DNA of 61,649 nt, filler included, from Squatina squatina (lineage: Eukaryota): NCBI GenBank assembly GCA_031763465.1. It is 4 parts of 4 records of this genome, joined end to end, with 100 filler letters (N's around TTAATTAATTAA, not from the genome) between each part and the next. Parts side by side here need not be neighbours in the genome. Positions count along the whole stretch, not along the records: positions 44,759 to 61,649 come from JARFOE010000001.1; 3 more parts are not named here. One strand, written 5' to 3'. Shown piece by piece: positions 53,559 through 61,649 of this stretch. The translations under genes and the position numbers were made by a program. The notes beneath the pieces are model-generated. The model ran no database searches, had not been told where the DNA came from, and saw nothing but the letters and a program-made list of their open reading frames with translations. The first letter of the stretch is position 1. Each line of letters begins with the position of its first letter.

Positions 53559-54205
53559 CTAGATACAGAGAGAAAAGGGCAGAGAAATTAGGCATAATTT
53601 CCAGCAAACTGGATCTTCAGTATTATTGTTTACAAACGAATGTAATTTAAAAAAGTGAATAACTAGTCATTCATCGCCATGCAAAGATTTTTACTGTTAA
53701 GAGCCATGGATCAAACTATCTAAAATAGATGCAAGGTCATGGCAGCACTGGTCACTTTCTTTTTAAGGCATTTTGTTAGTAAAAAAGAATTTTCAATTAT
53801 TTAGAAACTAGCTGTGTGCAAACTGGTTGTGAGGTGCTTTTGTGTGCTTTGTGGGCCTGGGCCTGGCTGTTTCCTAAATCATATTTTGTGATGCTCTGCT
53901 AAGTAACTGTGGCAAAATTACTGCTGAATTTAACAACAGAAGGGCAGTTTATTCTTTGAAAATGTTAATAACCACACAGGTTTTTCCAGAGTGACCATTT
54001 TGATGACGTTACAAAGGATTACACAGGATATATGGCACACAAACAGGTAATTCGGCCCAACCTGTATGCCAGCGTTTATGTTCCACTGAGCTTCCTCTAT
54101 AGATATATATTTATCTATAAATATAATTTATAGGATCTTTTCTTCAAATCAACTACAACACTCAGCAATCAAGAGAAAGAAGGAGAGAGCGAAAAAAAAA
54201 GAGAA

Positions 54206-54326
54206 AGAACGATTTGCATCTATAAAGCGTCACTCACGAGTACCGGATGCCCTAAAGCATTTCACAGTAGTTAAGTACTTTAGGGAAATGCAGCTGCCAA
54301 TATGCTCACAGCAGGCCCCACAAACA
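54206..54326 (-). mobile_element. DeuSINE 3' end
   Basis: Minus strand tgtttgtggggcctgctgtgagcatattggcagctgcatttccc...gacgctttatagatgcaaa. Confidence 0.6.
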
Positions 54327-54426
54327 NNNNNNNNNNNNNNNNNNNNNNNNNNNNNNNNNNNNNNNNNNNNNNNNNNNNNNNNNNNNNNNNNNNNNNNNNN
54401 NNNNNNNNNNNNNNNNNNNNNNNNNN

Positions 54427-54640
54427 AGCGAATCCTCCCTTGGGCTTTTTACATATTGGGCTAGAAACGAGTCCTGTACACATTGTAGGAACTCCATTCC
54501 CTTATCCCCTTACTCTTCTGTCCAATTAATATCGGGGCAGTTGAAATTCCCCTTTTTTTTTTAACTAATTTCCCTAATTTGTCTGCATATGTCTTCCTGC
54601 CCCTCCCTTCCACTATTAGGTGGTCTGTAGACTATTTGTG
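54427..54640 (-). mobile_element. CR1 endonuclease fragment
   Basis: EFLQCVQDSFLAQYVKSPRE motif. Confidence 0.7.
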
Positions 54641-54757
54641 TAATTGATCATTTAGTTTCTTTTATCTCTAAATCAACTGATAATTGTATTGAAATATGAC
54701 GAAGAATTCACAGCCATATAATTAACATGGAAAATTCTTGTTTGCTTTTAATTTTAG

Positions 54758-54906
54758 GTTGTACACATCACCAAAGAGGTTGCCAACCCCAGTTCAAAAA
54801 GCTTTTAGTCCTTTGCGATGGTGCAGACAGGTGCTGGATCATCCAAGCTCAGATATCGAAACAGCAAAAAGGTCATTGATACACAGACTTGATCAAACAA
54901 TAGCGG
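54758..54906 (+). CDS. SLAIN2: SLAIN2 internal exon (149 nt)
   Basis: ttttAG|G TTG TAC...GCG G|GTAACT; [49 protein letters not shown] versus recalled SLAIN2 [49 protein letters not shown]; synteny with TEC and SLC10A4. Confidence 0.88.
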
Positions 54907-55559
54907 GTAACTATTCCATTTTTTTTTCTCCACTGCTTCAGTGTGAATTTAAATTTGGTGGTCAGAAATAACTGTATAATACTGTATCAAAAAATGGATT
55001 TGTATTCAAATTGTGGCACATTGTATTTTATCTGTTAAAGTGCCTGATTTTTTTTTTTCACGTTCTAGATGTGTGGGTAAAAATGGACGTCGCCATTATC
55101 AAATTTGGAAATATTTTTGAGAAAACTAGACCACATGCAATAATTATCCTGTATCACCATCTCAGTCAACACTAAGTACTAAACCTGTATATAGCCTTAA
55201 TGTTGGGTCTGAGAAGATTGCTGCCACAATCTTCAGGCTCTCATATTGTCCTTGATTTGCCCTGCCCTAAATGTGTTGGCTACAGCATTTTACTTTCGTT
55301 TGCTCTTGCCAATAATTAAAAACCTAATTGTAGCTAAGAGTTCAAGGGTACAGTATGATATTGCATGCATTACTTAGTGTTATGCCTTACTAAGATCATT
55401 ACATTATTATTCCTATTTAATTGTTGAGTGCTAGAAATCCAGCTAGTGTTCTAGGACAGATATGTCTAACTTTTTTTGTAGCTGGGGCCCAGATATACAT
55501 GTCAAATCCAGTGATTATGCAGTAATGCAAACCTCATACACAAAAAAAATTCAGATTGG

Positions 55560-56405
55560 TTGTGGGGCTCGAGGAGATTAGGGATAGGGAGGGGTGAGGC
55601 CGTGGAGAGATTTGAAAACCGATTTTAAGATCAAGACGTTGCTTAACCATGAGCCAATGTAGATCAGCAAGTTCAGGGGTGATGGGTGAACAGGACTTGG
55701 TGCGAGCTAGGATGTGGGCAGCAGAGTTTTGGAGGACCTCAAGTTCACGTAAGGCAGAACATGGGAGGTGAGCCAGGAGTGCTTTGGAATAGTCAAGTCT
55801 TGAGGTAACAAAGGCATAGATGAGGGTTTCGGCAGCAGATGAGCTGAGGCAGGGCGGAAACGGAGGATAAGGTGGTGGAAATAGGTGGTCTTAATTATGC
55901 TGCGGATATGTGGTCAGAAGCTCATTTCAAGGTCAAATATGACTCCAAGGTTGCGAACAGACTGGTTCCGTCTCCAACAGATGCTAGGGAACGGATTTTG
56001 TGGTGGGGACCGAGGACAATGGCTTTGGTCTTCCCAATATTTAGTTGGAGGAATTTTCTGCTCATCCAGTACTGGATGTCGGGCAACCAGTCTGACAATT
56101 TTTAAGAAAGGGGTCAAGAGAAGTGGTGAGGTAGAACTGAGTGTCGTCAGCGAACATGTGAAAATTGACGCTGTGTTTTCAGATGATGTCACCAAGGGGC
56201 AGCATGTAGATGAGAAATAGGAGAAGGCCAAAGATAGATCCTTGGGGGACACCAGAGGTAATGATACAGGAGTGGGAAGAGAAGCCGTTGCAGGTGATTC
56301 TCTGGCTACGATTAGTTAGATAACAATGGAACCAGGTGAGTGCGGTTCCACCCAGCTGGATGATGGTGGAGAGGCATTGGAGAAGGATAGAGTGGTCAAC
56401 CATGC
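55560..56405 (-). mobile_element. L2-clade LINE RT fragment
   Basis: VDHSILLQCL...WFHCYLTNRSQRI...SGVPQGSIFGLLLFLIYMLPLGDII and VRNLGVIFD motifs. Confidence 0.85.
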
Positions 56406-56504
56406 CCATTATATTTTTAATGCATCTCCTGTTTCCTATTACGCATACAAGATGTCATAAAGTTTTGAATTAAAGTTTGCTTTATTTTCTGATCCTAATA
56501 GATT

Positions 56505-56625
56505 TTGAAATAAAAACAGAAAATGCTGGAAACACTCAGCAGGTCAGGCAGTATCTGTGGGGAGAGAAAAAGAGTTAACATTTCAGGTTGATGACCTTTC
56601 ATCAGAACTGGAAAATGTTAGCGAC
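56505..56625 (-). mobile_element. Penelope-like repeat end with minimal hammerhead motif
   Basis: Minus strand agttCTGATGAaaggtcatcaacctGAAAtgttaact followed by tctctccccacagatactgcctgacctgctgag. Confidence 0.6.
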
Positions 56626-57009
56626 GTAACCAATATTCCGACTAAGCTGCACAGCTACATGGAGTGCAAATCCACCGCGGTGTCAAACTTGGTATAAGCA
56701 ATGCCCAGCTGATCCTTTAGACCTCTTAGACTTAAATGTTTNNNNNNNNNNNNNNNNNNNNNNNNNNNNNNNNNNNNNNNNNNNNNNNNNNNNNNNNNNN
56801 NNNNNNNNNNNNNNNNNNNNNNNNNNNNNNNNNNNNNNNNNAATTGCCATTGCTTTATTGATTTTTTTTTTTTAAGAGGATACATATTCTGTTAATCTTT
56901 ACAGTATTATAACAGTAAGGAAAAAACCTTTCACAGGTTTCATTTGACACGTCTTATATTTTTAATGTGTGGGGCTAACCTTTGCCATTTTGTATTTTTT
57001 CTGTTCTAG

Positions 57010-57153
57010 AAAAGTTGAGACGCAGTCTTCCAAATCTATCCAGGACATCTAATATACAGTCAGCAGAATCTGTTAAAAATAGTAGAAGTTGTGACTCGAA
57101 TTTACAAGTGCCAAATGGGGGAATACCCCGAATTCAGCAACAAGCTTCAGCGA
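57010..57153 (+). CDS. SLAIN2: SLAIN2 internal exon (144 nt)
   Basis: tttctgttctAG|...|GTAAGT, phase 1-1; [48 protein letters not shown] versus recalled [46 protein letters not shown]. Confidence 0.9.
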
Positions 57154-57229
57154 GTAAGTCTACATTAAAGTCTAAATAAACAAGTTTATACACTGAGTTT
57201 CCCAAAAAGCCTTCAAGGTACCGCATAGG

Positions 57230-57560
57230 AGACCTGTGACTAAGGTCAGAGTCCTGGGCTTGTGAGGAATATCAGATAGTCCCGGGTCTGGGAGGAAGGT
57301 CAGAGAGTCTGGAGCCTGTGAGATCAGAGACTCCGGGACCTGCGATGAAGGTCAGAGAACCCAGGGCCTGAGAGGTCAGAGAGACCGGGGTCTGGGAGGA
57401 AGGTCAGAGAGTCTGGGACCTGTGCGGAAGGACAGAGGGTCCAAGGCCTGTGAGGTCAGAGAGTCCGGGGCCTGCGAGATCAGAAAGTCCGGGGCGTGTG
57501 CCATCAGAGAGTCCGGGGCCTGCGAGTTAGAGAGTCCGGGGCCTGTGAGGAAGGTCAGCG
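57230..57560. repeat. Minisatellite, unit ~GTCAGAGAGTCCGGGGCCTGTGAG(GAAG), 24-28 bp
   Basis: About a dozen diverged tandem copies in the SLAIN2 intron. Confidence 0.85.
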
Positions 57561-57671
57561 AGTTGTGGACCNNNNNNNNNNNNNNNNNNNNNNNNNNNNN
57601 NNNNNNNNNNNNNNNNNNNNNNNNNNNNNNNNNNNNNNNNNNNNNNNNNNNNNNNNNNNNNNNNNNNNNNN

Positions 57672-58648
57672 AATCAGTTTTTCCATGACTATGTCCATTG
57701 TTTTAATGCTTATAAGCAATTTATGTCGTCATTCAAAACAAAAAAGCAGAAGTCTGGACACAATCCCATAAAATGCCAAAGAAAAAGCTTACAACAACCA
57801 GTGGTAGGGGGAAATGGATAACTAACATAGTTGAGACTTTAGAATGGTAAAATAAAGGAGACTGCTTATGGAAGCCTGTTTTGTACAATCAGATAGTGTG
57901 ACAGTGACAAATTTTAAATTCTGGAAGTAAAGCAAGGCACAATTCCAGTATCATGATGGGCAGATGTGCGATCATAGCAATCCACAGCCTGCTGTAATCT
58001 GATTTATTTTCAGTACAGAAAAGAATAGTATCTCAATTGTTGTAGTTATGAACACCTTTAGTGATATGCAGGACAAGTTGCACATCCTTCTATATTTGTG
58101 TGAAACTTTGCGAGGGGTGGGGGGGGAGGTGTGGGAAGGTCATTTTAATTTGTAGCAATTTACGTTAATATCCCAATGATAATATCTTGGTCTCGGTGTA
58201 GTGTTACTAATTTTTTTGTCACTTAAAAAATAAAAAATAAAATTCTTCCAATAATTTTTGTTGTAGAAGCTGAAATGCATTATGAGCAAGTTGACTTAAC
58301 TTTTGACGGTCTGCTGGTGATCACTGGAGTTGTGTCCTGTTGTACTTTGTAACTGAAAATATTCAACGCATTGCCAGCGAGAAAAAAAATGTAACCTGAA
58401 TGGTGCTTTGTGCAGACAAAATACTGTGGATAAGTGGCTTATGTTGAAAGTTGAGTATGTATTGTAAGTGAGACACTTTGTTTAACTCTTTGCCCAAACC
58501 AACAAAAAATATCCATCAAATTGAACACATTTTGGTGGGCAAAACTATTTCAGTATCCGTTTTTGTGCGGTTGACCATTTTTTTAATTGCCAAAGGGCTT
58601 AGTGTTAAGCAGGTTTTACACAATTGCTTTTGTCAAATTGTAAAGCAC
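57672..58648 (+). other. Possible SLAIN2 3' UTR fragment
   Basis: Repeat-free, AT-rich contig placed after the SLAIN2 exons, with AATAAA near 58228-58241. Positional inference only. Confidence 0.3.
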
Positions 58649-59342
58649 NNNNNNNNNNNNNNNNNNNNNNNNNNNNNNNNNNNNNNNNNNNNNNNNNNNN
58701 NNNNNNNNNNNNNNNNNNNNNNNNNNNNNNNNNNNNNNNNNNNNNNNNAGACCCTTGCACACCTCCACTGCCCTCCAAGCTGACCCAATAAGACCTTTGC
58801 CTGAAAGCACAGTAACCCCCTGACTCTGTTCAGCTTTTGAATCCACATCCTCTCCAACACAAAGACCACCTACTTCTGCCTTCGTAGCATCACCCTCCTC
58901 AACCTTAGCCCATCTGCTACTGAAACCCTCAATGAAACTCCTTATACAGTCAGGTTTATTTACAAAAAGAGCTACTGCTCCTCTTTAATGGCAAGCAGCA
59001 ACCCTTTAATGTGCTGCCTTGCCTGATTTTGCACTTCCCAGCCAATCACAGGTAAGCATACATTTTCCCTGAGCAGGAAGCATATGGAAATTGAGGGCAG
59101 GAGTTTGCCTCAGCAAATTTGGTGAAGCCAGCCCTCCCCATCAGCTGCACAGGTGCTCCTGTGCCACAAGGCGACCACAGCTCTGATTTTTCTGCACTGG
59201 CAAAATCGAGGCTCAGATGTTCATAGAGGCCTTTACTGAAAGGTCATCCACATTACCGCAGTAGAAAGAAACTAAGTGAAGTATTGACATTTTCTGGAAC
59301 AACAAATGAAAGAAAGTTGAGGATTTCCTCGCAGAGACCTAC

Positions 59343-59544
59343 TTGTAGCCAATATCGCACCAGCCACGTAAGACCATATGGTAATGTTGGATATTCCGGA
59401 GTTGCTGCTTACACGTCAACATGTTGAAGCAGCGATTGCCATCAGTATGGTGAATCACAGCATACTGTAGAGACCTGCTCAGTTTCTGGGTGCAAAGCGA
59501 AGCACGTGTTGACCATTCAGAACGGCGTATAATTGGTGGGCAGC
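59343..59544 (-). CDS. Peptidoglycan recognition protein (PGRP/PGLYRP family) exon, N-terminal half of the domain (202 nt)
   Basis: tccctccacatttgttatAG|GC TGC...TAC AA|GTAGGT; CPPIIRRSEWSTRASLCTQKLSRSLQYAVIHHTDGNRCFNMLTCKQQLRNIQHYHMVLRGWCDIGY has the PGRP motifs IxxRxEW, VIHHT, RNIQHYHM and GWCDIGY; no stops. Confidence 0.88.
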
Positions 59545-59579
59545 CTATAACAAATGTGGAGGGAGTGATGAATATTACA

Positions 59580-59772
59580 ATAATAGAATTACATAGCACA
59601 GAAGGAGGCCATTCGGTCTATCATGGCTGTGTTGGCTCTTTGGAAAAGCTATCCCATTAATCCCACTCCCCTGTCCTTTCCCAATAGCCTTGCAAATTTT
59701 TCCCCTTTGAGTATTTATCCAATTCCCTTTTGAAAGTTATTATTGAATCTGGTTCCACCACCCTTTCAGGCA
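59580..59772 (-). mobile_element. CR1 LINE 3' end
   Basis: catagcacagaaggaggccattcgg...ttatccaattcccttttgaaag...ttccaccaccctttcaggca, the reverse of sequence like 36690-36800. Confidence 0.75.
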
Positions 59773-59899
59773 NNNNNNNNNNNNNNNNNNNNNNNNNNNN
59801 NNNNNNNNNNNNNNNNNNNNNNNNNNNNNNNNNNNNNNNNNNNNNNNNNNNNNNNNNNNNNNNNNNNNNNNNCCGGGAAAGTAGATTGCACCCAACTCA

Positions 59900-59907
59900 T
59901 ATAAATA
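59900..59907 (+). promoter_or_regulatory. Candidate TATA box of SLC10A4
   Basis: TATAAATA about 120 nt upstream of the ATG at 60023, same contig. Confidence 0.5.
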
Positions 59908-60022
59908 CACCTTGAGTGTAGCCAGGAGCGTGTGTTGTATCCGAGACAGAGAGCTTCTTGGAAATAAGCAGGGAGTGTGCTTCCTTGAATATAACCAGAC
60001 AGAGGCCAAGGACAGACTCGAG

Positions 60023-60534
60023 ATGGAGAATTATACTTCAGTAGAAAATGTTACTTGGGTCCCATCAGCTCTCCCGGATATTTCTAATTTCACTGACTTC
60101 TATAACAGCAGTGCTATAGGCTTCACCAGTCAGACAACTGTGGACCGCTCCAGCCTCTGGACCCAAGAAGCTTCGACTGTGAGCGATGTTACCCCTGGTG
60201 AACTCTCTCCTGTTAACCCCGCCGTACCTTTTTGGGACTCTGCCCTAAACCACAGCCTCAATGTGTTCGTGGGGGCGATCCTGTGCTTCACCATGCTGGG
60301 CCTGGGCTGCACGGTGGAGATCCACCACCTTGGAGAGCATCTCAGGAGGCCGGTGGGGGTTCTGCTGGCTGCCATCTCGCAGTTTGTCATCATGCCTTTG
60401 GTGGCTTTCCTCTTGGCCCTGCTCTTTTCTCTCAACGAAGTGGCTGCCATCGCCGTGCTGCTGTGTGGCTGCTGCCCGGGTGGGAACCTCTCCAACATCA
60501 TGTCTCTGTTGGTCAACGGCGAAATGAACCTCAG
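60023..60534 (+). CDS. SLC10A4: Sodium/bile acid cotransporter family member 4, first coding exon
   Basis: gagATGg start; N-terminus with NxS/T sites (NYT, NVT, NFT, NSS, NHS), then PFWDSALNHSLNVFVGAILCFTMLGLGCTV...QFVIMPLVAFLLAL...CGCCPGGNLSNIMSLLVNGEMNL; donor AG|GTAACC; follows SLAIN2. Confidence 0.93.
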
Positions 60535-61511
60535 GTAACCAACTCCTGCTGCACAGTCCCAGCCTGCAGCCAGTCCTGTCCATCCCAGGCGTGAGTTTGA
60601 CCAGCGGTACGTTAATGAGGCTGGCGGTGAAAATTGCTGTGGCATCATTCTGCCGCGAGCGGGACTCAGGCAGGGGAGCGGGTTCAGGCAGGGGAGTTAA
60701 AATTCCCCCCTAAGAAAGAATATGACATGGCCAAATGAAGAATGTCTTTGCCATCTGGTGATGCGGTTACTACATTGGGCCTCTAGATGGCACGTTCCCT
60801 GGTGTGGGCAGGTCCCTCACTTCCTGCCTGTGGAAAGAGGAGCTCCAGGGACATTCTTTGCTCTGCCACAAGCCGGTCAAGAGACATATTAAGCCATCCA
60901 GGTAAATCTTAATGGAAAAGATGAAATATTCCCGGAAGATTCTTCAGGCCATGTCTGGTCAGACTTTTCTTGTTAAATAAAACAGTTTGCCATGTATTGA
61001 GTGAGCTTAATTAAGTGCAGCTTTCCATTTGCTTGATGTTTAATGTTTCAATATAGCTATCTTACAGTTACAAAAGTGTAATGCCAGATGGCACTAGTGA
61101 AGGAATTGCTGATGATGGTTTTATAGGAGGCCACCATTATCCTTATCTTTTTCTATGTTTCTATTTTACCTTCTACCATCATGTTACTAAGCCAGATGTT
61201 TTGAGCCTAAATATCCAAGTGAAATCTTATTTTAGGGATGGATAATATATGGGGTCACAGCCTGAACACTGCCGGCCACATTTAGTTAGAGTTTTCTTTC
61301 TCTAACTCTGAGTAAATGCTTTGCCTCTTCTGCGCACCTTACCTTGATGAAATTATTGAATCAGCGTGTGGGGAGACAGAGTTCGTGCGCTCCTGTTACT
61401 TTCCCATAACTCAGCAAAGCAATTTAAGATAAAAAAAAATATATATATATATTTACTTTGAAAACATTCCTCATTAAGACATGCTCTGTTGTTCATTGCA
61501 ACTCTAAATCC

Positions 61512-61649
61512 TGGGCTTCTCCGGCGGGAGCACGTGGAGGCCAGTATCCAGAGTTTGCGGATCCAGTATGGGACTCATTCCTCACCTCAGAACCCACAAC
61601 TCCAGAGTGGTAGCAAGTCATCCTCGACCTCGAGGGACTGCCTAAGAAG
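61512..61649 (+). mobile_element. RTE LINE 3' end with internal deletion
   Basis: Matches about 4216-4245 joined to 4330-4430. Confidence 0.8.

Noticed and set aside
57230-57560. Repeat array considered as CRISPR-like
   Set aside because: Head-to-tail minisatellite with no unique spacers, in vertebrate DNA with no cas genes.
59912-60022. N-terminal extension of the SLC10A4 ORF in the track
   Set aside because: Starts at a non-ATG codon just after the TATA-like box; the ATG at 60023 has good context.
60130-60648. Antisense and alternative-frame ORFs over SLC10A4
   Set aside because: Shadow ORFs of a GC-rich coding exon with no recognisable domain.

Overview
Eukaryotic vertebrate DNA, most likely a shark/cartilaginous fish (inferred from the repeat families), from a fragmented draft assembly with many 100-N gaps. 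Three artificial N44-TTAATTAATTAA-N44 spacers split the window into four blocks that may be unrelated: 1-14375, 14476-31388, 31489-44658 and 44759-61649. Blocks 1-3 contain no gene I can identify, only CR1, L2 and RTE LINE fragments, DeuSINE and tRNA-derived SINEs, hAT and Harbinger derivatives, simple repeats and a few orphan exon-like stretches. Block 4 holds scattered, correctly spliced exons in the vertebrate order TXK(-), TEC(-), SLAIN2(+), SLC10A4(+), with most exons of each gene missing, presumably lost in gaps. The most notable observations are an intact peptidoglycan-recognition-protein (PGRP) exon on the minus strand between SLAIN2 and SLC10A4, a TXK cysteine-string exon whose next exon runs into a CR1 fragment, and minimal hammerhead-ribozyme motifs in Penelope-like repeat ends. 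I found no evidence of a wholly new multi-gene system. Gene calls rest on recalled similarity to known proteins plus splice-site and phase consistency; no database search was run.
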